From Phoronis australis (lineage: Eukaryota > Animalia > Phoronida): DNA of 64,000 nucleotides. A model generated the notes under the pieces. It was not told the DNA's origin. It did no database searches and worked only from the letters and a program-made list of their open reading frames with translations. Where the stretch lies: positions 86,484 to 150,483 of the forward strand of contig NMRA01000183.1 in assembly GCA_002633005.1 (NCBI GenBank), given 5' to 3'. Position numbers and translations under genes: made by a program. Positions 54,001 to 64,000 of the stretch are shown here, one piece after another. Position 1 is the first letter of the stretch; the number at the start of each line of letters is the position of its first letter.

Positions 54001-54138
54001 CAAGCTGGCAGACGACCTGCGACGCAAGCAACGAGACCATTCACGCAGGGCGACATCCCACGTTCTGAGAGTCAAGTGCATCAGGAACGACGCTTATCAC
54101 ACGAACTCCCACCAAAACCAAAGATTACACAATGGTGA
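42037..54138 (+). CDS. Hillarin/kyphoscoliosis peptidase (KY)/LTD-1-family protein, ~1446 aa, with a C-terminal dynein-MTBD-like domain
   Basis: Phase-consistent exons 42037-42132 (MGSGSS..., alternative in-phase donor at 42144), 43909-44088, 44815-45044, 46027-47981, 48641-49399, 49897-50109, 50758-50925, 51965-52242, 53495-53680, 53863-54138 (total 4341 nt, in frame). Family motifs: YPRPLPP...IDDYIFDAP, KVRAIFRWIT, HLFAGLC, VNGINKSAAYEVG, QWNAIYLNGAWRFVD, NDFFFLTEPEQLIYTHFPND..WQLL, then four KY-type Ig-like repeats. Confidence 0.88.
52553..52693 (+). repeat. ~25-bp minisatellite, continuing at 53404-53450 beyond the LINE insertion
   Basis: Unit CACACGTGTATATCTCATTGTCCTA on both sides of the RNase H fragment. 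Confidence 0.85.
52694..53403 (-). mobile_element. 5'-truncated non-LTR retrotransposon (I/Ingi-like LINE) fragment encoding RNase H, antisense in an intron of the hillarin-like gene
   Basis: ORF 52710-53450 carries RNase H motifs VYSDG, MRMEIEA, FVTDS, WIFTPGHAG..GNERADELA. Short 3' terminal repeat (CTCAGAT x2 on the minus strand). Possible TGTACA TSD at 52688-52693 and 53404-53409. Confidence 0.85.
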
Positions 54139-55384
54139 CCGTCGCCGCTGCCAGATAAAGCCCCATCATGCACGCCATTGACTCCTTTGCTATGCTTGTC
54201 TTTATTCGTAACACTCGTCAATGCTATCTATCATATAATACTTGTTCTAAAATTCAGAATCTTCCAAAATTTGACGAAGGTATGACACGAGGAATCCAAA
54301 GGTCAACTTCCATTCCTAATATTATGAATGCGCCCGTATCACGTCCAGAACCCTCCACAAAGAAAATCCAGTCATTTATCACAAATGTGACGGAGCTTGA
54401 TTGCAGCCGTTCAACTTAAGAACACGGGCACCCACGCAAAATTGAACAAGGCACGTGTATGCAATGTTTCAGTCAACCAAACCAACAAAGAAATACTAGT
54501 AACGTGGAAAAGCCCTTAAAGCGAATCACATAGACGTTTAATGCAGTTACGTTTGCTTGTAGACAAATATTCATTATCAGTTCTGTCTTTATATTATCTT
54601 TATTTACCCCTTCGTTAGTTTCTGGAACTGCTCACAGGCGCCTCCTATCCTGTATATTTGGATTTTAAAGGGACCATAAACCCTCACTACTCTATCCAAA
54701 ACATCTTTTGATGCAGGCCGCTTGCCGTTATACAGTCAATCTCATAGTTATTTCTGGGTTTGAGAAGAGCTGACAATTCCCTATCATTGTTCGGACCAGG
54801 CCCATGAAATTTGCTTGTCACGGCGGGGCAGTTTTGCCGACGAATGATGTCAAAAGGTTTTCAGGCATTTTTATGTTACCACTTTTGATTTAAGCAAAGG
54901 TAATGACCTTACTTAGGACCAACAAGAACGCCTTTGAAGACAATCTGATTGACACTTGCACATTATTTTAGCGGCTGTGAATTTGTAGCACATGCGATTA
55001 TCTATTTCTTGTAGCGCATTTTGCTTTTCGCGCACTTTTATTGTTATAGTGTTGTCCTTGACAATGAACATGTATATGTTCGAAGATTTGGAATCGTCAC
55101 ATTGACGTTGATTCTTGTCCACGTTTACGATCAGACAGTGGCTCTGTGATAACCTCCGATCCCTCAACTGGAGAGTGTACGGAATACAATTGAGTTGTTC
55201 TACATTCCGTGTACATGTACATGTACGTGTACACGCGTGGGTCTGAGATATCTTGCGCCCTTTTTGATTCCTTGTCTAACTTGTAAAGTAGATACTTTCA
55301 TACCCGATCTAAAATGTACAAACAGTTAGAATAACATGAACTTGATTAGGTAATGTATAAGTTGCATGGGATGTGTACATGTTC

Positions 55385-55390
55385 AATAAA
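55385..55390 (+). terminator. Probable poly(A) signal of the hillarin-like gene
   Basis: AATAAA about 1.25 kb after the stop codon, followed by T-rich sequence. Confidence 0.45.
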
Positions 55391-56339
55391 TATATGGCTT
55401 TTATTCACGACTGTTTAACATTCTACCAGTTCTAGCACTTGCGGTAACTCCTGAGACCGACCAGTATATGTCCCGGTTACGAAACATCCCCTTGCAGCGT
55501 GACGCGCGTTTATGCAGCAACCCCAATTACTCACAATCGCCTTGAGAAATCTATGCTTACGCCAAGAACCATTATATGCCAAAAATCATCAAAATGTTTG
55601 ATCTAAGTAATGTTCTTTCGTTTCGCAAAACTTCACGGTAATTGCAAACGAGGGAAGGTTATTTGAAAATTAAACTGAGTGTTTTCTGTGTCATCAGATT
55701 GCTTACGAGGCTTTTTCTTGAAGAGCAATATCCACGTCAAAATTATATTGCTTCTTTCGGCAAAAACTTGCCGTTTGAGACTTCTCGTAATCTTCATCAT
55801 CCAATTTCAAGACTTTCGATATTCGGATGCTTTTAGAAATTAAAGGAAAACGTATGGAATCTTTATTTACTGTCTTAACAGCGGAGATATCCTGACTTAG
55901 GAATAAGACTAGATGGGATATAATGTGGGGACTAGTCAACAGAATTGCACTATAGTTCGTCTCGGGATGTTGTTGATAACGATCACCCTCAGACTCAGGA
56001 CGTTGTTTTAAAAATGATGCTGGCATCATTAAATTGAAAAATTATTAAATACAGATGTTCGTGCTCCTCCTATGGCTCGTCACAAAGTTTAAAAACGTGC
56101 AAAAGTTCCACGCAAAGTAAAACATGAAAAGCTTCATAGAAAATCGTGGTCAACTGCAGTCATTACGAACAAATATTTGACGTTTCAGTGGGAATGCATA
56201 GATTCAGAATATATTGTCAGGCAGGATTCAGAGCTTAAATTATGAACCTTGATGGGGATAACAAGAGTCAGTTTTGGCAATTGGCCACAACTTCCAAAAT
56301 GCGCATCTCAAAACATCAGCTTCCGCACAGTCACTTCCC

Positions 56340-56611
56340 TTGGCTCGGGTTGCATGTCGCCGACAGGCCGGATACCAAAATTACGAATGAGCCCCCATTT
56401 GGCAAAGTGGGCAAAAAGGTCCGCCTCAGGGAGGCAACAAGTCCGAGAAAATGAGACAAAAGTTCATTAAACAAGTACATACAAACGCGCCATTCACAGT
56501 GGTGCCCCCGTTTTTTTTTTTAGTCCGCTGGCGCTTTTGTTACCAAAAGGTCCACAACGACAGCAATTCGAGCCCCCATATTGAAGGTATTGAAGACTGG
56601 GTGCGCGCATG
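56340..56611. mobile_element. MITE, copy 2, downstream of the methyltransferase stop codon
   Basis: Ends in CTGGGTGCGCGCATG; homologous to 34209-34449. Confidence 0.6.
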
Positions 56612-56839
56612 TATCCATATATGCCAGTATAGTGAAAACTGACAGGCATCTCGCAAAAAAACGACAAAATTTAGGAGAAAAATCTTTTGTTTAATTCTCT
56701 GGCGATTTACAAATAACATGGTTTCAATCCCCCCGACGTCAACTTCCATTAGAAAACTACTGTACATATAGCTTCAGGACACCTTTTCTGGAAAGACATG
56801 CTAACAATACTTTTATGCCACAAAATGGTACACGTGCGT

Positions 56840-57667
56840 TTAGTGTGGTTTTCTACACAAAATTAACAACATTGGAACACTGAGTTTCAAATAAAAACTG
56901 TCACGTTCTGATGGCTCAATACCAACCTCTTTTATTATGTCTTCGTAGAGATCCTCGAGCAAATCTCTACCGCCTAGTGCAAATTTGAGATAATTTTGGT
57001 AGGCGGAATAGCTCTTCATAAATCCAGTAAATTGTGGAAGGCTCATGACTATTTCCTCTTTCTTGAGACGTCTCTGAACCACTGCATACGGTAATTGTAA
57101 ATCGTTGTATAAGTTTAATACCGTACGTTTCCTCTGTAACCAATCAGGGGACTGGAACTCATATAATCTGTTTTCGTAGATGTTGATTAAATCATTAATT
57201 CTTGTTGATTTTTTGTTGGAGACAACATGAGGTGGGAATCCAACGTAGAGAAAAACCGCAAAACCTCCTCCAGGGACGAGGATTCTATCTACTTCGCTAA
57301 AAAACTGAGACAAGTTAAAATAATGAAGAGCTGCAAAAGTGGTTACCAAATCGACTTCGTTGTTTTTGAACGGAAGACACTTGGCTTGGGCAATGCGAAA
57401 TGCAACGTTGTCACTCTGGTTAGTCATCGCCGCCATATTTATCTGACTTTCACTTTCATCAATGCCAACAACTCTTGAGAAATACCGCGAAAGTGGTGCG
57501 CATGCTTGTCCTGTACCACAACCCACATCCACAGCTAAGTCGAACTTCCTTCCCCCGCGTTCCACGAACTTGACAATGTCTTCAAAAACCCATGCAGGAG
57601 GTTGAAAACGAAATTTCTGATAGAGAAGTGAGTGGGCTACTCCAGCAAAGTACTTGGTGGTATTCAT
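56840..57667 (-). CDS. Class I SAM-dependent methyltransferase (Methyltransf_11-type, DDB_G0268948-like), 275 aa, uninterrupted CDS
   Basis: Motif I AVDVGCGTGQ, post-I VVGIDESESQI, motif II LPFKNNEVDLVT, ALHYF, motif III DRILVPGG; N-terminal YQKFRFQPP and C-terminal SYSAYQNY typical of this subfamily. Confidence 0.92.
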   Translation of the reverse strand: MNTTKYFAGVAHSLLYQKFRFQPPAWVFEDIVKFVERGGRKFDLAVDVGCGTGQACAPLSRYFSRVVGIDESESQINMAAMTNQSDNVAFRIAQAKCLPFKNNEVDLVTTFAALHYFNLSQFFSEVDRILVPGGGFAVFLYVGFPPHVVSNKKSTRINDLINIYENRLYEFQSPDWLQRKRTVLNLYNDLQLPYAVVQRRLKKEEIVMSLPQFTGFMKSYSAYQNYLKFALGGRDLLEDLYEDIIKEVGIEPSERDSFYLKLSVPMLLILCRKPH

Positions 57668-58639
57668 TACTTGCAGATGTTGTCAAATTCCCTTGAAGCA
57701 GCACACAAGATAGAGCGACAGATGTTGAGCTTCTCAAGCGGTTCAACGACCTTTGCCAGCCGGCCCTGAAATGCACACAAGAAAGTCAACGTATTTCAAT
57801 GCACGTGTCCTGAGAAGAGGGCTAATCTCAATAGGAACATGTTTGGTTTATACTACGCATTCTATAAAGATTAGTGGGCATTTGAAGCAACATACATATT
57901 TAGACATAATATTATTGTGGTGCTGAAACAACATGCCAATACGGTGTCTGGTAAACGTACATTACACTGTTTACTTTTTGGTACGTTCCACCCACTGGCA
58001 GGTGAAAAGCACCTCCCACGTGGTTGAAAAAATACCTTTCAACTAGGTGGTAAATCAAGTGGTATCGAATCCTCATTTTAATTTAAAATGGCGACTTTGA
58101 AAAGTTCAATGAAAAAACTCAGCATAATATCGACTGTGGATTGCCATCCATTGCATACCTGTAGTGATGCACCTATGGCGCTGAGGAACACCAGGGGTGA
58201 AGTAATCACCATCTACGTCTGTGTGGGATTCAGTAACATGGACATTATCTGCCTCAGTGGCAGCACAGATCATAGGCAACTGTAGTATCGACGTGATCCA
58301 AAAGAACTGAGGCCTACTGCCGACTGCTGCTGTTATAGGTGACTTTATGGTCTAAGGACAAAGGTGTTGTGGCTACTCCTACAGGAACACCTGAAAAAAA
58401 TGTACAAGCGATCTTTCCGAGAAGAATGTTATCACTGAATATAAAGCGACCTTAAACCAGAGTGTCTTTTGTCAAAACGAGTTTTGATTTAGATCACTTA
58501 CCGTTGGTCTTACATGTACCTTGGTCCTCACTCAGTTTAGACTGATATCTCGACTCAGAAAGAACTGACAGCACGTTATTAGTTCAGAAGCTCATACACT
58601 TTCACTTCATGGAACTCCAAATTTTACAGATACGAGCGT

Positions 58640-59120
58640 GGAACAGCAAATTGGCGTGTGACGTCAACCTAGTAGAAATACACTTGCTAAAGTTCCAAAA
58701 GATCTTGCAAGGGGGGTTAAGAGATACGGCCCACAGATGCAAAAATGCTACTAGGGGACCACAGTAGTTGGACCCATATGAAAGTCCGCGTTAGTCGGGC
58801 TCTTTCTAGTAGGAGTACACCCTTTCATAAGGATTCTCTACGCAGTCAGATGACTCGAAAGTAGTAAAAATGGCCGCTAGGTTGCGCAGCATACGTCGAA
58901 CCCATCCAAAAATAGAAAGGTGCTATTGCCTTCATAATAGAAACTTTTTCGCCACATTTCATGAATAATCGTCAAAGAACTCTGAGGGTACAGAGACAAA
59001 TGTCCAAATTAAAGTTGCCACTAAGGGGCACAGTAGTAGACAGTCGTGGGCACTTGTTGACTAGAGAACATTTGTAGAAATTTTGCAAAGATCCTGCAAA
59101 TCATTAAAGAGATACAGTCA
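58640..59120 (-). repeat. Inverted, diverged copy of the HINE internal repeat
   Basis: AAAATGGCCGCTAGGTTGCGC (~58870) and TTGCCACTAAGGGGCAC (~59015) with flanks homologous to the 1-6600 array. Confidence 0.7.
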
Positions 59121-60016
59121 ACTCGAGGACGTAAAAATACGCTTATACAACTCTGCTTTAACGTTTTTGCGTTTGCTGAAAGTTACAATGGTAAATGATA
59201 AAGTATCTGCCGGCGAGTACTTATCGTAGCACATCAGTGCATTTCTTTTGAAAGAAATTCCCGCTCTATTGCTCTGAGTGTCTCACATGGTCGTGATAAC
59301 AGTATTAAAATGAAGATGTTATGTCATAACGGGACAAGACCTTTATTAGCGCCGTTGTCAACCAATGAGCTCCATCAGCCCGGCGCACACCATTTAAGTA
59401 TGGGGCCCGTTCCAAGAAAACGGACTTAGCTAAGGCAAATCTTAAATTTAAGCCAATAAAACTTCAATCTGTCTTCCGTCTTTATCAAGAAAGTGTAAGT
59501 GTGACTTAAGCTTCCACTTAAGTTTTTTGTCTTAAGTTCGACTCATTAACTTAACAGATGTACAAGTTTCATACATGTAGCTTGGAAACTGAGACAAATC
59601 TCAGACTTAGTCAAGAATGAATTTTGGTCCCCCTAAACAAATTTCAATCCCGACCTGTTCATAAGCGGAATTTTGCATTAAGCAGGCCACTGAAGATGTA
59701 AATTTTGTCACTTCAGTGCCACCAGAAACTAACACATGCATTTGGACAAATACAGCACTGTTGATGTCGAATTTGTATTAGATTGTTATGACGTGCCAGC
59801 CAGTGAGACGAGTACATATATATGTACGCTGATTGCTGGTGCCGATGACTCTCATTTATAAATTTTCCGGATGAGTTCAACACAACAAGCACTTTGTACA
59901 GAGAATCGCTTTACAGACACAACTACACATATGTTTTAAACTGAACCTGTTGACAAAGGTCGTGCCTATTGTCCCTCGGATCAAATTCTTTTGCAGTCAG
60001 GTTGCGATCCCGGATC

Positions 60017-60095
60017 GCAATGACCATCGCCTCTGTTGGCCCGAACCAGAGGCCGGGCGCCTCTGGTCTGGGCCAACAGAGGCGATGGTCATTGC
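60017..60095. repeat. GC-rich hairpin with perfect 26-bp outer arms
   Basis: GCAATGACCATCGCCTCTGTTGGCCC (60017-60042) / GGGCCAACAGAGGCGATGGTCATTGC (60070-60095), inner stem ACCAGAGGC/GCCTCTGGT. Confidence 0.9.
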
Positions 60096-60354
60096 CTAGG
60101 TTAACTAAAGTCAGGTTAGCATCACGTTGCAAACGCCGTCAAAGCTCTCACACAGAGCCGTACATGGCCAGTATTACACGTCGGCTCAGCCGTGCATATA
60201 ATCCAGGGCTCTAGCAGTGATCTCCTCAGTCGTGGCGCGATGAAAATCGTTACAAGCCTTACGGGACTACATAACCTACTACTGAATGCCGCAGGCATAC
60301 ACGATGATTTGGCGTAGTTGGCAGGCCCATTCACTCAGCTAGGGAATATTACCC

Positions 60355-60427
60355 CACAGGCGTCCTCAGCTTCTGATCGTCCCCGATGTAGTGTACTGGG
60401 GACGATCACAAGCAGAGGACGCCTGTG
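60355..60427. repeat. Second GC-rich hairpin
   Basis: CACAGGCGTCCTC-AGCTTC-TGATCGTCCCC / GGGGACGATCA-CAAGCA-GAGGACGCCTGTG. Confidence 0.88.
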
Positions 60428-61427
60428 TATTACCCGTTAGCGAGTGGCTAACAGAGGCTCATATATGCACCGGAACCACGTTTTCACAACAGTAAGGTCC
60501 GCGAGCCAGACCTAACATTTGACTGAAAACATACTGAAACACCGAAGAGCTCAGAATTACCTGTCAATAAAACTCGAGCCAAAACAACAACGGCAGTGCC
60601 TTCAAGTGCTATTACCTCGCCACAATTTTAATAAATGTGTCGTTGCCGTCGCGCACGTGTTGCACCTGCCTTTCAGATCTATGACTATGGCTATGTCTTG
60701 TTTCTCGTCCTGCAAAGTCATTTTAGCCTGCTTTATCTGACATAGAAGGTAACCTTTGTGACTTACAGAGGTAAAATACTACATGAAACTCGAGCAAAGC
60801 TATGATCATGCGCACGGCATGTTTTTAATTAGCCAGCCATCTAGCTGTTATGTATAATGTAGCCTTGGTAGGCTTGGTAGCCTTGGTAGTTGGTACAAAG
60901 CTGTATATTTATATACAGCTTTGCACCGATGCGGGTAAAAAAGTGGTAAGATAAAATCTGACACAAAATTAGTGTCATTAAAAACTACAGCCTTCCTTGA
61001 GTAAATTAAATTATTTAACGGTGTTGGCAAAAATGGCGTTCTACCGTTATTCTGCTGCTAAAGTTGTGGAGCGATCTTTAAGTGACGGCTTTCGGCATCA
61101 TGAAATTTTGCGTCACCTATTGGCCAGTTTCTTTTTTCGCCGATTCTTCAATCAACTGTTGTTCTTTCACAGGGTTGCGTACACGTCACAACAAATTATC
61201 AGAACTGGTTTCACGTCATTAATAGTTTTTAGAATTTTGGTACCGAAAAATCGAATTTCAGAAGAAATTTTGTTGCTGCCAAGCTTTCATCATCTCCCGA
61301 GAGATGTCGCAAAAATTTAGGAAATGGCGCGTGCGTGTGACATGAGCGTAATGTTTTCAAAACGACGAAATACTAATCATTGTTAGAAAATGACGTTTAT
61401 TGCATTGTTTTTCACTTAAACGGATGT

Positions 61428-61809
61428 AACGGGCAAGGTGAGTGTCGGTTGACTCCCAGATTTTGCATGCACACTGTCCGGTCTTTAGCTTTACATGTTG
61501 ATACAAGTTTCACGGCGCGGTGACGAGTAGAACTAAACTAACTGCGTGCAATTTCGGGGTCTACGGAAGAAATACACGCAGTGGGACCAGTCTTCATACA
61601 GCTAGCTGGCTGGCTACTGTATATGAAGACTATCGGTTGTAAAAAATACTCTCGAGTACAGATCACTGTGACTTTGCGTTAAAATGCTCTCCAATAGACC
61701 TCGAAATTTCACACCGTCCGTGTAGTTGTGCTCGTCACCTCACTGTTAAACAGAGCAGGCAGGAGTGCATGCTGAATCTGGGAATCAACCAACACTCATT
61801 TTGCCCGTG
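61428..61809. mobile_element. MITE nested in the left arm of the foldback
   Basis: ACGGGCAAGGTGAGTGTCGGTTGACTCCCAGATT vs reverse complement of right end ACGGGCAAAATGAGTGTTGGTTGATTCCCAGATT. Confidence 0.75.
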
Positions 61810-61943
61810 GCATTAGAAGGCGTTAGATGTGACTCACTGTCTTACTTAAGCTGGCCTCAGTAGAGATGTTGAAGGGAGCGTTATACGTCAGAAGCTTTTG
61901 GGGGAATTATGCCTCACACTGATTAAAACAACAAAGTCCCAGG

Positions 61944-62644
61944 CACTAGTCGGATATAATGGACCCTAACTTATTCCAAATAAATCCACTAAATGTGGGT
62001 CTAAATGAATGATTTTGATATCGTTGCATTCCTTAAACATCTGGCTATCCATACATGTCCACCTCACGACCCTCAATTACTCCGTTCTATAACTACGCTA
62101 TTCCGAACTCAGTCCACTTTAGCCACGTGCACTGTGAAATCGGCAGCCATTGCAGGGAACTTACTATACCTAGCGCCATCTATTCGTGATCTGCTACAAC
62201 ACGCGCTGTTTCTTTTTCATCAGTCAACATCATTGGTCGATTTTGTCAATTATTAACGTCGTCATTAATAATCATCGTTATGTCTGCTCTCGTCATCCTC
62301 TCTCGCCATTTTATCGGTCATCGTCATGTTATCATCGTCCATGAGACACGTACTATGATGTTGACTGATGAAAAAGGAACAGCACGTGTTGTAGCAGATT
62401 GCTGATAGATGGCGCTAGGTATAGTAAGCTCCCTGAAATGGCTGCCAATTTCACAAGGCACTTGGTAAAGTGGACCGAGCTCGGAATTAGCGTAGTTATA
62501 GAATGGAGTAATTGAGTGTCGTGAGTTGGATATGTACGGATAGCCAGATGTCTGAGGAATGCAACGATATCAAAATCACTTATTTAGTTCCACATTTAGT
62601 GGATTTATTTGGAATAAGTTAGGGTCCATTATATCCGACTAGTG
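61944..62644. mobile_element. 701-bp MITE with ~280-bp TIRs near the foldback centre
   Basis: First 55 bp perfectly inverted (CACTAGTCGGATATAATGGACCCTAACTTATTCC...); ATC/GTC-rich spacer; TCCCA flanks both sides imperfectly. Confidence 0.9.
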
Positions 62645-63732
62645 TCCCATTGTTATAAGTACCTTTTGCGCTTGCTCCTGGCGGGCGTGGTAAAAATGGG
62701 ACCACACGCAGTTGCTGATTTGGGCTGCTCGAAGAAAGAGTTTGATTACAGGAAGTATTTGTCGAAGTTGTAAGGAATTAAAGACATCGACAGCCTCTTA
62801 AGGTGTTCCTCTATGCGCAACAGCTACACATAGCAACGTGACTTAAATATTTTAATCAGTGTGAAGCATAAATTGCCATATTAAGCTCTTATATGAGCTT
62901 CACCGTCTCTACTGGGGCCAGCTAGATATCATGGTCTCTGGCTACTTGTCCATTACAGCCATTTAAGTGCAAAACAATGTAATAAATCATTTTCTTGTAT
63001 AATTCTCTGCCATTTGTAACGAAGAAAAGTTTATCGTCGTCTTGAAAACAGTCCGTTCGTGACATGCACACGCGCTATTTCCTAAATTTTTACGACATCT
63101 CTCGGGACATTTGGCAGCTTCTCAGCAGCAAAGCTTGTTCTCAAATCCGATTTGCTGGTGGCAAAATACCAAAAACTTGTAATGAAGTGAAACCAGTTCC
63201 AATAATTTGTTGTAACATATACGCAACTGCACGGAAAAAAGACAATTGATTGAAGAGTCGGCGAAAAAATAGACCTAAAGGTGACGCTATATTTCGTCTT
63301 ACCAAAAGCGAGCACATAGATGACTTCACAACTGTAGCTGTAGTATAATGGTAGAATGTTTACTGAAGATGAAATGAAGTTTTTAATGACACTAATTTTG
63401 TGTCAGATTTTATCTGGTCATTTTTTTACCCACATCGTCACAAAACTATGTTTAGTTTGTAACAAGGCTAGTTTTTAATGAGAAGCCCAGAGCCAGAAGA
63501 CCAGCTTATCGAACTTTTTTGCATTCGATTACAGTTATTGTAGATGACTGTACATGTGGCCGAAGCTTCAAATGTAAGGAGGGCTTGCATACTGAAATCT
63601 AATGTGTGAACAGTGGTTTTCAGCAACTAGCTTGTTTTGTTGTTTGTAGGTCACATGCTTCATGGAGTCTTCCGACGAGGATGTTCCTGAGTTGGTTCCA
63701 TTAGAGCGTTCTGCGTCATGTGTCAAGAAAGT

Positions 63733-64000
63733 GCCAATAACCATCATAACAGGATGTCTAGGTATCTTGGTATTAGTACCAATAACCATTATAACAGGAT
63801 GTCTAGGTATCTTGGTATTAGTACCAATAACCATTATAACAGGATGTCTAGGTATCTTGGTATTAGTACCAATAACCATTATAACAGGATGTCTAGGTAT
63901 CTTGGTATTAGTACCAATAACCATTATAACAGGATGTCTAGGTATCTTGGTATTAGTACCAATAACCATTATAACAGGATGTCTAGGTATCTTGGTATTA
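63733..64000 (+). repeat. 45-bp tandem repeat x~6, running off the window end
   Basis: CCAATAACCATTATAACAGGATGTCTAGGTATCTTGGTATTAGTA. Confidence 0.97.

Larger units (their letters stand above)
60860..63472. mobile_element. ~2.6-kb foldback element with long diverged inverted arms
   Basis: ~60900-61435 mirrors ~62945-63470, and ~61850-61928 mirrors ~62850-62925 (e.g. AGATAAAATCTGACACAAAATTAGTGTCATTAAAAACT vs its reverse complement at 63378-63415). Confidence 0.85.

Noticed and set aside
28595-59035. CTCF-like motifs at 28.6 kb and 58.9 kb as loop anchors
   Set aside because: They are divergently oriented and degenerate, and CTCF loop anchoring is not established for such invertebrates.
60997-63329. 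Similar ORFs on opposite strands (60997-61320 + and 63141-63329 -)
   Set aside because: They are the two arms of the foldback element, not paralogous genes.
63568-63969. ORF with MVIGTNTKIPRHPVI repeats
   Set aside because: Translation of a 45-bp tandem repeat; no coding evidence.

Overview
Animal genomic DNA (AT-rich, spliceosomal GT-AG introns, transposon-dense; looks like a marine invertebrate, species not assignable from sequence alone) with an assembly gap at 13826-14726. Four protein-coding genes can be built by hand. (1) The 3' nine exons of DEK (+, 8058-26410; pseudo-SAP/SAP, acidic tract, an AT-hook, DEK_C), whose introns are full of nested DNA transposons and minisatellites. (2) An intronless 142-aa single-TM protein resembling KCNE/MinK (-, 30022-30450). 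(3) A 10-exon, ~1446-aa hillarin/KY-family gene (+, 42037-54138) with an unusual architecture: N-myristoylation motif, catalytically degenerate transglutaminase-like domain, four Ig-like repeats, acidic linker, a domain resembling the dynein microtubule-binding domain, and an RPxT-repeat tail. (4) An intronless class I SAM methyltransferase (-, 56840-57667). There is also a tRNA-Asp(GTC) gene, a LINE RNase H fragment, hAT-, pogo-, piggyBac- and Kolobok-like elements, a Helentron-type (HINE) element whose ~150-bp internal repeats each carry a CTCF-like motif, and a 2.6-kb nested foldback. The best candidate for an undescribed system is the hillarin-dynein MTBD fusion, a putative membrane-microtubule (possibly ciliary) tether. 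All family assignments are by eye, with no database search.
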